A stretch of 64,000 nucleotides of DNA from Candidatus Krumholzibacteriia bacterium (GTDB taxonomy: Bacteria; Krumholzibacteriota; Krumholzibacteriia; JAJRXK01). The notes beneath the pieces are model-generated. The model ran no database searches. It was not told the DNA's origin and saw only the letters and a list, made by a program, of their open reading frames with translations. The position numbers and the translations under genes are program-made. The DNA lies in assembly GCA_041484665.1 (NCBI GenBank), contig JBGPIA010000001.1, positions 736,001-800,000 on the forward strand, read 5' to 3'. Every line of letters begins with the position of its first letter. Positions within the stretch are counted from its first letter, which is position 1. Shown here piece by piece: positions 37,801 through 47,768 of this stretch.

Positions 37801-37976
37801 GCGGGCGGTGCGGGCCAGGCGCTGGCGCCCGCCCCGCGAACCGCGGCGCGCAGGGCGTCGCCCCACGGGCATCGATTGCGTTAGGATAGATATGAGCGGG
37901 CGCGGGAGGAGCCGAGCGCCCTCCCACCCGCGTACACCCCCTGGACCGCCATAGCTCTACGCCCGGAGGTGGCACC

Positions 37977-40226
37977 ATGGAACGCGCCCGCAGGCCATCT
38001 TGGCTGGTGTTTCCCTTGCTCGCGGCCGCCCTGCTGCCTCGGCTCGGCCCGCTGTGGCTGCCCGGGGCGGCCGCCGCCCAAAGCCCCGATCCCCGCCGCG
38101 ACGTCGCGGCCTACGTCCTCACCCACGTGCTCGATGGCGACTACGGCGGACGCACGCTGTGGATGCACGACGTGGCGCTGGATGGGAGCCATGTCGGACT
38201 GGATGTCGACGGGCGCCTGCCGGCAGTGCAGTTCCCCTTCGCCTCGAACTGGCTGGTGATGATCGACGACACCCCGCAGGCCAACTGGGCGCACCCGGTG
38301 CGGTGGGTGTTCGTGGACGCCACTCTGCAGCAGCACACCACTCCAATCGTCCGCAGCTGGCCCCCCACGATCCGGTCGGGGTTCGGTCAGGGGCCAAGGG
38401 TCCACTTCGGCTGCACGCCGTACGCCCCGGCGGGCTGTCCCAGCGTGGGCCCACCCGCGCAGCTAGCACCTTTCACCGGCCCTCTGAAGGACAGTTGTCT
38501 CCACGCCGTGCTGATCTCGGGCGGCTGGGACGATGACCACAACTTCTCGCGCTACGCCGAGAATCTCACGAGCGTGTACCGGAAGCTGCGCGCCCTGGGC
38601 TTCCCGCAGTCGAACCTGTGGACGTACTACGCCGACGGGCGGCCGTTGGACCTGGACAACGCCGACGGCGACAACAACAACGCCACCGGCAGCGATGTGA
38701 CCGACTCGGCGAACGAGGCGGCGATCCGCGCCCGGATCCACGGCTTGTGCACGACCCTGAATGCCACGCGTGACGTGCTCCTGCTCTACACCAGCAACCA
38801 CGGAGCGAGCAACGGCGATCTCGTGCTGTGGGACTTCAACCAGAATGGTGCGCGGGAGAACGCCGAGGGCTACAGCCCAGCCGAGCTCGACGTCGACACG
38901 TCGGCCTGCCAGGTCTGCCGCCTGTTCATGCTGTTCGATCAGTGCTTCTCGGGCGCGTTCGTACCCCTGGTGACCGACGGCTCCCATGGCAACGCGGCGA
39001 TCTACACCGCGGCCACGGCCAGCGAGTACAGCTACGGCCGCGAGTACATGGACTGGTGGGAGGATCTCAATCCCGCCACCATGACCATGAAGCAGCTCCA
39101 CGCTTCGGTGGTGGCCTCGGGCACCATGACCTCCACGCCCATGACGGCGGAAGGGACGCCCGGCGACGGCAGCGTCTTCCTGAACTACTGCTGGGGCGAC
39201 AAACAGTGCGCGGTGCCCGCCATCACCGCGTACTGCTTGGGCATCCAGAACATCACCGTCGACCTGACCATCTGCAATGGATTCCCGACGGCGCGCAGCT
39301 TCGCCATCGATTGGCAGGGCGAGGCGGCGGGGGGCAGCTGCGACGTCGCCGGACCGGCCAGCGCGGTGCTGCCCAATCCTCCGATCATCGTGCCCGGCGC
39401 GGGCTGCGCAACCTTCCAGCTGCACGTCCCCATCCCCCCCGGCGTGCTCCTCCCGGGCCAGACGGCCTGCTACAGCGTTGGCGTGACGAACCTGCAGGAG
39501 AACATCAGCACGGTGTGCACCGGCAAACTGGTGTACACGCCTTTGGCCTGCTTCGACTGGAACCAGCTGGTCGCGCGGGCGGTGCTGCTGAGCCCGGGTG
39601 ATCCGGTCACGGTCGTGGGCACGCTGAGCAACAACGGTCTGACCGGCAGCGCGATCTCCTACCAGTTCGTCGTGCAGAACGCCGACCCGTTGGGGGCCAA
39701 CGATGCCATCACGCTCAACGGCCTGCCCCCGGGGATTCCGGTGACCGGCCGCGTTGTCGTGCCGCCGGGGCAGACCGCCACACTGCGCGTGGACGTGCTG
39801 TGGGCGGTACCGCCAAGCCCGTGCTTCCACAATCTGCTGTTTGAGGCCGATCTCAATGGCGACGGCCAGATGGTGCCGCTCAATGCCGTGACGCTGCACC
39901 TGGCTCCCGATGGCGCAACCACCTCGCCTCCGACCCCGCAGCCCCGGGGGCTGCGTCTGCGCATCGCGCCCAACCCATTCAACCCAACGGCGCGCATCTC
40001 GTTCGACCTGACCGGAGCCCGGCAACCGGTCTCAGTCGAGGTGCTGGACGCGCGCGGCCGCACCGTCCGCACCCTGCTGCAGGCCGTGCTTCTGGAGGCG
40101 GGACCTCACGAGCTGTCGTGGAACGGCGACGACGCGCTGGGCCGAGCTGTCGCCAGCGGGACCTATCTGGTGCAAGTCACCACTGCGCGCGGGATCGAGA
40201 CCGCACGCGCAACGCTGCTTAAGTGA
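37977..40226 (+). CDS. Secreted clan CD (C13/legumain-like) cysteine peptidase with FlgD-Ig CTD
   Basis: AVLISGG..NFSRY; His-Gly in TSNHG and Cys in FDQCFSG; C-terminal PNPFNP..WNGDD..SGTY. Confidence 0.75.
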   Translation: MERARRPSWLVFPLLAAALLPRLGPLWLPGAAAAQSPDPRRDVAAYVLTHVLDGDYGGRTLWMHDVALDGSHVGLDVDGRLPAVQFPFASNWLVMIDDTPQANWAHPVRWVFVDATLQQHTTPIVRSWPPTIRSGFGQGPRVHFGCTPYAPAGCPSVGPPAQLAPFTGPLKDSCLHAVLISGGWDDDHNFSRYAENLTSVYRKLRALGFPQSNLWTYYADGRPLDLDNADGDNNNATGSDVTDSANEAAIRARIHGLCTTLNATRDVLLLYTSNHGASNGDLVLWDFNQNGARENAEGYSPAELDVDTSACQVCRLFMLFDQCFSGAFVPLVTDGSHGNAAIYTAATASEYSYGREYMDWWEDLNPATMTMKQLHASVVASGTMTSTPMTAEGTPGDGSVFLNYCWGDKQCAVPAITAYCLGIQNITVDLTICNGFPTARSFAIDWQGEAAGGSCDVAGPASAVLPNPPIIVPGAGCATFQLHVPIPPGVLLPGQTACYSVGVTNLQENISTVCTGKLVYTPLACFDWNQLVARAVLLSPGDPVTVVGTLSNNGLTGSAISYQFVVQNADPLGANDAITLNGLPPGIPVTGRVVVPPGQTATLRVDVLWAVPPSPCFHNLLFEADLNGDGQMVPLNAVTLHLAPDGATTSPPTPQPRGLRLRIAPNPFNPTARISFDLTGARQPVSVEVLDARGRTVRTLLQAVLLEAGPHELSWNGDDALGRAVASGTYLVQVTTARGIETARATLLK

Positions 40227-40299
40227 GAAGCTCCCGTGACGAGCTCGCGGCCGGCCCAGGCTGCTGCGCACTCTGTGGCCGTCCGGCCAACGCCGGCCG

Positions 40300-41610
40300 T
40301 CAGGTGCTCGCCGCGGCACGCGCCCGCCGAAAGCCCGCGTAGCGCTCCCGGCCCGGATTGAAGTAGCCGTACTCCAGATGGGGGAAGCGCTCCCGCAAGC
40401 GGGCCATGAACACCGCCATCCCCATCCCCTCGCGCAGCGTGTCCTTCGGCAGGCAGGCCCGGTAGACGTCCGGATCGATGTTGAGGTTGCGCATCTGGAT
40501 CAGGTCCAGATCGGTCTCCTCCACGAAGGCGGTCATTGCGTCGAGCTCGTCGTGCGTGTCGGTCACGCCGGGGAAGACGAGATAGTTGATGGAGCGGAAG
40601 CGTCCGTGGCGCCGCATCACGCGCAGCGTCTCGGTGACGTCCGCTAGCCCATAGTGGTGCGGGTTGTAGTACGCGGAGTACACTGCAGAGCGCGGGCTGT
40701 TGAGGCTGACGCGGATCGCGTCCAGGCCGGCGCCGCACAGCGCGTCGACGACGCCGGGCAGGCTGCCGTTGGTGTTGAGATTGATCGTCCCCAAGTCGGT
40801 GCCGGCGCGGATCAGCCGGATACTCTCCGCCAGCAGCTCGCCGTTGAGCAGCGGCTCCCCCTCGCAGCCCTGGCCGAAGCTCACCACGCCATCCGGCACG
40901 CGCGCCAGGTGCGAAAGCGCAAGATCGGCGATCTCGCGCGCGGTCGGCGCGCGGCGCAGCCGCTCGTGGCTGGCGGGAAACGTCCCATCGGGCTGCAGCG
41001 AGATACAGCCGACGCACTGGGCGTTGCAGGCGATGCTGGTGGGGATGGGCGCCTCGTGGCGCCCGATGAAGAAGTTCTGCGCGGCGCGGCAATGGTACTC
41101 GAGCGCGCAGCGGCGCAGCTGCTCCACCACGAGGTTGCCAGCGCTCTGGGCAACGCGCCGGGCGACCTGGCCCTGCAGGCGCGCAAGGTCGAAGCGCCAG
41201 GGATCCTGGCGGATGCCCGGATCCACGCGCGCGCCGCACGCCCAGAATCGCCGGTCGGCGTAGCCCACGGCACCGTAGGCGAACAGCGGCAGAGCCGGCG
41301 CTCCCGGCTGCGTCTCGTACGCCGCGTGCAGGAAGATCGTGTGCGCGGGCGCCACGAACGCAGCCACAGCGCAAGCGGGCTGCCCATCGCCGTCCCAGGC
41401 GGTGGGCGCACCCGAGCCGGGCTCGATCCCCACGGGCAGCCTCTGCTGCAGCAGGAACAGGTCGCTGCCGCGCGGGAGTAGGATCAACTCGTCGTTGCGC
41501 GGACGCCGCGGCGGCCCGCCGTCCACGCCGGCCAGCAGCAACTGCGGATGGTCGAGGATCGACCCGTCGCGACGGGCGAACACCATGCGGACGGGCTCGC
41601 GGGGCTCCAT
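40300..41610 (-). CDS. Radical SAM protein of unknown function
   Basis: CNAQCVGC, SFGQGCEGEPL and NTNGS motifs; N-terminal extension with LPLFAYGAVG. Confidence 0.85.
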   Translation of the reverse strand: MEPREPVRMVFARRDGSILDHPQLLLAGVDGGPPRRPRNDELILLPRGSDLFLLQQRLPVGIEPGSGAPTAWDGDGQPACAVAAFVAPAHTIFLHAAYETQPGAPALPLFAYGAVGYADRRFWACGARVDPGIRQDPWRFDLARLQGQVARRVAQSAGNLVVEQLRRCALEYHCRAAQNFFIGRHEAPIPTSIACNAQCVGCISLQPDGTFPASHERLRRAPTAREIADLALSHLARVPDGVVSFGQGCEGEPLLNGELLAESIRLIRAGTDLGTINLNTNGSLPGVVDALCGAGLDAIRVSLNSPRSAVYSAYYNPHHYGLADVTETLRVMRRHGRFRSINYLVFPGVTDTHDELDAMTAFVEETDLDLIQMRNLNIDPDVYRACLPKDTLREGMGMAVFMARLRERFPHLEYGYFNPGRERYAGFRRARAAAST

Positions 41611-41702
41611 GGCGACATCCAGGGTAGCACGGACGCCCGGGCACGCCACGGCGGCGTCGCGTCAAGGCCACGCAGAGGTCGGGCGCTGGGAAGAACCCGG
41701 GC

Positions 41703-42743
41703 TCAGTACCCTTCGCCCGTGTCGGACACCTTGCCCGCGAACCGGCGGTAGACGTAGACGAAGTACAGGGTCGCCAGCGCCATGCCCGGGATCCACCACA
41801 TCAGACCGATGCGCAGGCCGTGCTGCGGCGCGGCAGCGCTGTGCACCGTGAGTCCGAAGGCCGGGTCGATCGCCGACGGGAGCACGTAGGGATAGAGCCC
41901 GTGGGCTGCGCTGGTCAGCATGCCCAGCAGGTAGGCGCACGAGCCGAGGAACGCCCCGCGGTCGTCACCGCGGCGCCCGAAGCGCGAAACGGCCACCAGG
42001 CCGCCCAGTGCGAGCGCGATGAAGATCGCTCCCCACGGCGCCTGCGCCAGCCGGTGTGGCACCTGGGGCTGGATTTGGAACGTGGCCAGCGTCACCAGGA
42101 CCGTCAGAGTCAGCACTGCCCACCACGACCGGCGGGCCAGGGCGCGCGCCCGTCGCTGCGTCGGGCCCTCGGTGCGGTAGGCGATCCACAACGCTCCGTG
42201 CATGGCCAACGCCGCCAGCGCCGCCAGGCCCACGCTCACCGTGAACCAGTCGAGGATTCCCGGGTCGGGTCCCGGCTGCCAGTTGGTCCACAGCGCCTCG
42301 AAGAAGCGGCCGTCCCGTCCCAGCGGCACCCCACGCACGACGTTGCCCAGGGCCGCGCCGAAGAAGATCGCCAAGAGCGCGCTCGCCACCGCGAACACAC
42401 CGTCGCACAACGGCCGCCAGATCACGCCTTGGAGGTGGGCGCGGAACTCCAGGGCGATCGCCCGCAGCATCAACAGCCACAGCACCATCATCAGCGGCAG
42501 GTAGAACCCGCTGAAGGCGGTGGCGTAGAGCGCGGGGAACGCGAAGAACAACGTGCCGGCGGCGGCGAGCAACCACACTTCATTACCGTCCCAGACCGGG
42601 CCGATCGAGCGCACCACCGCGCGCCGCTCCTGGTCGCAGCGCGCGACGATCAGGTGTGCGATGCCCGCGCCGAGATCGAAGCCGTCCAGCACGACGTAGA
42701 CCGCGAGCATCAAGGCGACGAGGCAGAACCACAGGGTCTCCAC
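41703..42743 (-). CDS. cydB: Cytochrome bd ubiquinol oxidase subunit II
   Basis: YVVLDGFDLG and GPVWDGNEVWL motifs. Confidence 0.96.
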   Translation of the reverse strand: METLWFCLVALMLAVYVVLDGFDLGAGIAHLIVARCDQERRAVVRSIGPVWDGNEVWLLAAAGTLFFAFPALYATAFSGFYLPLMMVLWLLMLRAIALEFRAHLQGVIWRPLCDGVFAVASALLAIFFGAALGNVVRGVPLGRDGRFFEALWTNWQPGPDPGILDWFTVSVGLAALAALAMHGALWIAYRTEGPTQRRARALARRSWWAVLTLTVLVTLATFQIQPQVPHRLAQAPWGAIFIALALGGLVAVSRFGRRGDDRGAFLGSCAYLLGMLTSAAHGLYPYVLPSAIDPAFGLTVHSAAAPQHGLRIGLMWWIPGMALATLYFVYVYRRFAGKVSDTGEGY

Positions 42744-42756
42744 GCGGGCCTCCCTC

Positions 42757-44142
42757 TCAGACGTTCGCGGCGCCGGCCGCGCTCCCCGGCGGCGCGCCGT
42801 TGGCCTGCGCGTGCCCGGCCGTAGGCCCGCGGTCGATCTCGCGCGTCACCAGGAACAGGAAGAGGATGCTCAGCAAGGTGTACATGCCCATGAACCCCAG
42901 CATGGTGAACAGGGTATTGCCCGTGGACACGTTCGCGGAGAACCCGTCGGCCGTGCGCAGCAGCCCGTAGATCAACCACGGCTGGCGCCCCAGCTCCGCG
43001 CTCATCCAGCCCGCCGTGTTGGCGATGTACGGGAAGGGGAACATGACCATCAGCAGCCACAACATGGGCCGGCTCTGGAACAGCCGCCGGCGCCATAGCA
43101 GCAGCGCCGCCAGCAGCATCACCCCGATGAAGATCGTGCCCAGCCCCACCATGATGTGATACGCGTAGTACAAGAGCGGGATGTTCTGCGGCCAGTCCTG
43201 CCGCGGGAACTCGTTGAGGCCGTGGACGGGTGCCTTCCACCGGTTGTAGGTGAGGAAGCTGAGCGCGCGCGGCACGATCAGGGGGTTGTCGAGCTCCTGT
43301 TGATCCATGTCGGGCTGCCCCAGGATCGCCAGCGGCGCGCCGTGCTCGGTGTGGAAGAGCCCTTCCATGGCGGCCAGCGTGGCGGGCTGGTGGCGCGCCA
43401 CGTTCTTGCCCTGCGCGTCGCCGGTGGGGAACGCGGCCAGGAGCGCCGCGGCGAGCCCCGCCGGTACGGCCACCCGCAGGTAGATGCGCCCGTGCTCCGG
43501 GTTTCGCCCGCTCAGCAGGTAGAACGCTCCGACCGCGGCCATGGCGAAGCTGCCGGTGAGGACCGCGCCCAGCATGGTGTGCACGTACTGCCACAAGGCC
43601 CACGGGTTGGTGAGCAGCGCGGTGAGGCTTTGCAGCTGGATCTGGCCGCCGGGGCCCAGCGTGTAGCCGACCGGATGCTGCATCCAGGCGTCGGTGGCCA
43701 CGATGAAGAAGCCGGAGATCCACGAGCCCACCCAGACCAGCACCGCGGCAGCCCAGTGGCCACGCGGTCCCAGACGTTTCTCCCCGTGCAGCAGCAGCCC
43801 AAGAAAGCTGGACTCCAGGAAGAACGCGAAGGTCCCTTCCATGGCCAGCGTCTGGCCGATGACGCCGCCAGCGGCCTGGGCGAAGCGCGACCAGTTCGTG
43901 CCGAACTGGAACTCCATGGGGATGCCCGTGACCACCCCCATCACGAAGTTGATCCCGAAGATGCGCGCCCAGAAACTTACGGCCTGATCGTAGTGCTGCG
44001 CCGCCTCGCCGGTGGAGCGCAGGGCCATCGTCTTGAGCACGACAATCAGCAGCGCCAGGCCCATGGTGAGCTGCGGGAAGAGGTAGTGGTAGGTGATGGT
44101 GAACGCGAAATGGAGCCGGTGGGCGGCCAGTGCGGTGTCCAT
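42757..44142 (-). CDS. cydA: Cytochrome bd ubiquinol oxidase subunit I (short Q-loop)
   Basis: YHYLFP, EFQFGTNW, EGTFAFFLES, WMQHP, HIMVG and ELGRQPW motifs. Confidence 0.96.
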   Translation of the reverse strand: MDTALAAHRLHFAFTITYHYLFPQLTMGLALLIVVLKTMALRSTGEAAQHYDQAVSFWARIFGINFVMGVVTGIPMEFQFGTNWSRFAQAAGGVIGQTLAMEGTFAFFLESSFLGLLLHGEKRLGPRGHWAAAVLVWVGSWISGFFIVATDAWMQHPVGYTLGPGGQIQLQSLTALLTNPWALWQYVHTMLGAVLTGSFAMAAVGAFYLLSGRNPEHGRIYLRVAVPAGLAAALLAAFPTGDAQGKNVARHQPATLAAMEGLFHTEHGAPLAILGQPDMDQQELDNPLIVPRALSFLTYNRWKAPVHGLNEFPRQDWPQNIPLLYYAYHIMVGLGTIFIGVMLLAALLLWRRRLFQSRPMLWLLMVMFPFPYIANTAGWMSAELGRQPWLIYGLLRTADGFSANVSTGNTLFTMLGFMGMYTLLSILFLFLVTREIDRGPTAGHAQANGAPPGSAAGAANV

Positions 44143-44287
44143 GGCGCGCACGCTAGGGCGCCGGCCGGGATCGCGCAAGGCCGGCAATCGCGGCGATGTC
44201 CGCCCCACCCTGGCAAGCGCGGCTTTGCCCCGGCGCAGCAAGCGCAAGCGCCACCCGCGCGCCACGTCGGGCAGGGACGCACTCGAC

Positions 44288-44316
44288 TTGCGGCGCTGCG
44301 GCCGCGTGGCTACTCT
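44288..44316 (+). promoter_or_regulatory. Putative sigma70 promoter of ahpC
   Basis: TTGCGG-17 nt-TACTCT. Confidence 0.35.
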
Positions 44317-44392
44317 AGCGGGCTAGCGCTCGAGACAGCGGACCCTCGATCCAGCAATCCATCCCACGTGTCACGTGGAGGAGGAAACCCCG

Positions 44393-44980
44393 ATGTCGTT
44401 GGTCGGCTCGAAAGCCCCCGAATTCAGCCTGGACGGCTACTACAAGGGCGATTTCAAGACCTTCAAGCTCTCCGACATGAAGGGCAAGTGGGTCTACCTG
44501 CTCTTCTATCCCCTCGACTTCACGTTCGTCTGCCCCACCGAAGTGCTCAGCTTCTCCCAGCACGCCGACGAGTTCCGCAAGCGCGGCTGCGAGGTCTTGG
44601 GGGTCTCCGTCGACTCTAAGTTCGTGCACAAGGCCTGGGTCGACAGCAAGACCGAGGAGGGCGGCCTGGGCGGAAGCCTGAGCTATCCGCTGCTGGCCGA
44701 CATCAACAAGACGGTCGCGCGCGACTACGACGTGCTGCTGCCCGACGGCGTCGCGCTACGCGGCCTGTTCCTCATCGACCAGGACGGCCTGATCCGGCAC
44801 GCGACGATCAACCACCTGCCGGTGGGCCGCTCGGCCACCGAGGCGCTCCGCACGCTCAAGGCCTTCCAGTACGTCACCTCCCACGAGGGCGAGGTCTGCC
44901 CCGCCGACTGGGACGAGGGGATGGACACGATGAAGGCCAGTCCCGAGGGGATGCGCAAGTACCTCTCGACGCACAAGTAG
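44393..44980 (+). CDS. ahpC: Typical 2-Cys peroxiredoxin (AhpC/TSA)
   Basis: FYPLDFTFVCPTE and GEVCPADW motifs; RBS GGAGGAGG. Confidence 0.95.
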   Translation: MSLVGSKAPEFSLDGYYKGDFKTFKLSDMKGKWVYLLFYPLDFTFVCPTEVLSFSQHADEFRKRGCEVLGVSVDSKFVHKAWVDSKTEEGGLGGSLSYPLLADINKTVARDYDVLLPDGVALRGLFLIDQDGLIRHATINHLPVGRSATEALRTLKAFQYVTSHEGEVCPADWDEGMDTMKASPEGMRKYLSTHK

Positions 44981-45244
44981 GCTTCAAGCCGCCCCCGCCG
45001 CGCTCCCACCCTCTGCTCGGGGGCCCCGGCCGCAGCGCCTAGAATCAGGCGGTGGCGTCAGGCCGCACGTGCGATCTGGCTGGGGGCTTTGGATGATGAG
45101 GGGTACGCGCGAGCGGCGCACCGGAGCTCCGGTGCGCCGCTTTGCAATTCCGTGCCGACGGTGTTGCCGGCCGCCAGGGCGCCGGGTCGCCGTCCGCGAG
45201 TGGTGTCGCGATCGACCCCCTGCGCGCCGCCGGGTGGGGCCGGC

Positions 45245-45520
45245 TCAGCCGGCCTCGGACAAACGTCGAACCGACGCCACCTCACTCATCGGGACCACCA
45301 CGCGGTCCAGCTTCTTCCACACGCCGACCATGGCCGCGCGCCGGACGTAGTCCGCCTTGCTGCGCCCCTGCTCTCCGTCCTCGTGGAGGTCGGCGTCCAG
45401 CAGGACGATGCGGTCGTCGTCCATGGTGTCGCAGCGGCCGACGTAGACGCGCGGGCCGGCCGTGTCGACCACGACCGTGATTCCGTGCAGATCGCCCTTG
45501 TCATGGTGGAAGGTGCCCAT
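45245..45520 (-). CDS. Small hypothetical protein
   Basis: ATG start; globular beta-rich sequence (HGITVVVDT..YVGRC); co-oriented behind brxA. Confidence 0.6.
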   Translation of the reverse strand: MGTFHHDKGDLHGITVVVDTAGPRVYVGRCDTMDDDRIVLLDADLHEDGEQGRSKADYVRRAAMVGVWKKLDRVVVPMSEVASVRRLSEAG

Positions 45521-45583
45521 CGTGGAGTCTCCCGCGGCGCGCGGCCGTCCAGACGGTCCGTGCGCGCCCGTACGGCCCGGCGG

Positions 45584-46021
45584 CTAGGCGGCGCGGGCCG
45601 GCGCGCAGTGCTTCTGGAACACCGTGGCGAGCTCCTGGGCGATGCCCATGGCGTCACGGGACTCGATGCGGTGGCGCGGCAGGAAATGCACGATCTCACC
45701 GTCCTTGAACAGCACCATCGACGGGCTGCTGGGCGGAAAGTCGGAGAAGTAGCCGCGGGCTCGCGCGGTGGCTTCGACATCCTGTCCGGCGAACACGGTC
45801 GCGATGCGGTCCGGGGCGTTGGTGGCCTGCTGCAGGGCCAGCGTCACGGCGGGACGGGCGTTGCCGGCGGCGCAGCCGCAGACGGAGTTCACGATGATCA
45901 TCGCCGTCCCGGACTGCTCGGCCATGAAGCTGTCGACCGCCTGGGGCGTGGTCAGCTCCTTAATCCCCAGCCGGGTGAGCTCTGCGCGCATGGGCTGGAC
46001 GAGCATGGGATCGTAGGGCAT
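45584..46021 (-). CDS. brxA: BrxA/BrxB family bacilliredoxin
   Basis: PMRAELT, NSVCGCAAGNARP, VFAGQD and PPSSPS motifs; RBS GGAGGA. Confidence 0.92.
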   Translation of the reverse strand: MPYDPMLVQPMRAELTRLGIKELTTPQAVDSFMAEQSGTAMIIVNSVCGCAAGNARPAVTLALQQATNAPDRIATVFAGQDVEATARARGYFSDFPPSSPSMVLFKDGEIVHFLPRHRIESRDAMGIAQELATVFQKHCAPARAA

Positions 46022-46085
46022 GGCTGTTCCTCCGCGAGCTTGGGCCGGCCGCGCCGGCGCCTCTTTCAGCTGGTTGCAGGGGACA

Positions 46086-46101
46086 TGTGAGGTTAGTCAC
46101 A
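46086..46101. promoter_or_regulatory. CRP/FNR-family binding box upstream of brxA
   Basis: TGTGA-GGTTAG-TCACA, a perfect TGTGA-N6-TCACA core in an intergenic gap. Confidence 0.6.
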
Positions 46102-46166
46102 GATCCAGACAGGGGCAAGTCGCGACCCGGACGCTCGGACACAGGGGCCCCCTCTGCGGCGGGCGC

Positions 46167-47768
46167 TCACCCCCCCTTGCGGTCCTTCCCGAACCAGGCG
46201 TGCTCCGGCCGGGCGAGGATCCCGCTGATCACCTGCTCGACGGCCGTGGCCGCCTTGGCCTTTCCGTGGGCTCTCGCCTGTGCCGCAATCGAGCGCGCTT
46301 GCGGGACGAGCTGGATGTAGAAGCGATCGGCCACCTCGAACATGCCGTGCCAGTGGGCGTAGTCGGGCGCCATCATCGAGGCGCCGTGGCGGGCCCGCCG
46401 CCCCTCATGGTGCCACAGGAAGTACCACGTCCACTCGATCTCCTCGTCAAAGTCGGCCTTCGTGCGCAGCCCGTTGGCCAGCAGCGCCTCCATGATCTCC
46501 TGGCCGGGCTTGGCGAACTTCTCGTCGTAGTTGATCACGAAGTCATCGTACTGCTTGTAGAACGCGTCGACGTAATTGGGGGTGTGGCAGTGCGAGCACA
46601 CCTCTTTCATGCGGCCCCGCTTCTGCTCCCACGTGTCGCTGACCAGCGCCTTACGCTTCTGCGGGTCGGTCTCCTTGACGACGTTGTGCTGCGCGTCGGT
46701 GTCCATCACCAGGCTCACCGGCGGCCGGTTGGTCCAGGAGATGCGCTCGCCAGGATCGTGGGTGACCTTGCCGCCGTTGCGCGTATTGCCCGACATGTGG
46801 CAGGTGGCGCAGGTGGGCGCCGCACTGTAGTCCTTCCCCAGCACCCAGGTCGCGGCATCGAGGTTCATCTCGTCACGCAGGTCACGGTACGCGACTCCGT
46901 GCTTGGACTCCTCGTAGATCTCCTTTTGCGGATGGTCGGGGCCGAGGTGGCACTTGCCGCAGTTCTCCGGCTGGCGCGCACGCCGGGCCGAGAAATCGTG
47001 GCGGCTGTGGCATGCGGTGCAGGAGCCCAGCGTCCCGTCGAGGTTCATGCGTCCGATCCCGGTGTTGGGCCAGCTGGAGGGCGCCAGCATCGGCTTGCCG
47101 CCGGCGTCGCGCGCGATGCGGGCGAGCGCCTGCTGGCTCGTGGGTTTGCCGTCGCCGTCGGGCTTCAGATCGTCGACCGTGACCAGGCCGCCATCCTTGG
47201 CGACGAGCGCGACCTTGCCGCCGTGGCACTGACGGCAGCCCGTCTGCACGCTGGCCATGCCGTTGACCTTGTCGCCGGTCTCCGCTGGATCCCGGCCCGG
47301 TGTGGGCGAGTGCGGGTCGAACGGCACGCGCGACCCCTCGATGGTCTCCGCCAGCAGGTTGTCCAGGGAGGCCAGAATATTGCCCGCCTTGGCGTGATGG
47401 CTGCGCTCGAACTCCTCGAACTCGGCGCTGTGACAGACGGCGCAGTCCGCAGGCGTGACGACCGTGGCGATGTGGGCGCCGTAGTGGTCGAACCCGTCGG
47501 CGTCCTGGGCGTCGGCGCCGTGGCACTCGGCGCAACCGACTCCTTCGCGTGCGTGGCGGCTGCCGCGCCAGTGGGCGACGATGCCGGGATTGTCCTTGCT
47601 GTGGCAGTCCACGCAGGCCCGCGAGCCGGGCGGCACGGCGGCGTCCGGCGTTGCGCTCGCGTTTTCTGCGGCCACGCCCGCGGTCTCTGCGGCCGAGGCC
47701 GGCGCCGGCGCGACGGCCAGCAGAGCCACCGCCAGCGCCGCGCACCGCGTCTTCACGTGCAACGTCAT
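46167..47768 (-). CDS. Octaheme cytochrome c, hydroxylamine oxidoreductase family (epsilon-Hao-like)
   Basis: Signal peptide; eight CxxCH motifs (CVDCH, CAECH, CAVCH, CRQCH, CTACH, CGKCH, CATCH, CSHCH); GPDHPQKEIYEESKHG; HHEGRRARHG..PDYAHWHG. Confidence 0.9.
   Translation of the reverse strand: MTLHVKTRCAALAVALLAVAPAPASAAETAGVAAENASATPDAAVPPGSRACVDCHSKDNPGIVAHWRGSRHAREGVGCAECHGADAQDADGFDHYGAHIATVVTPADCAVCHSAEFEEFERSHHAKAGNILASLDNLLAETIEGSRVPFDPHSPTPGRDPAETGDKVNGMASVQTGCRQCHGGKVALVAKDGGLVTVDDLKPDGDGKPTSQQALARIARDAGGKPMLAPSSWPNTGIGRMNLDGTLGSCTACHSRHDFSARRARQPENCGKCHLGPDHPQKEIYEESKHGVAYRDLRDEMNLDAATWVLGKDYSAAPTCATCHMSGNTRNGGKVTHDPGERISWTNRPPVSLVMDTDAQHNVVKETDPQKRKALVSDTWEQKRGRMKEVCSHCHTPNYVDAFYKQYDDFVINYDEKFAKPGQEIMEALLANGLRTKADFDEEIEWTWYFLWHHEGRRARHGASMMAPDYAHWHGMFEVADRFYIQLVPQARSIAAQARAHGKAKAATAVEQVISGILARPEHAWFGKDRKGG

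Noticed and set aside
46167..47768. HAO homolog as evidence of nitrification or anammox
   Set aside because: The cross-link Tyr appears absent, and no amo, cycAB or hzs genes are in the window
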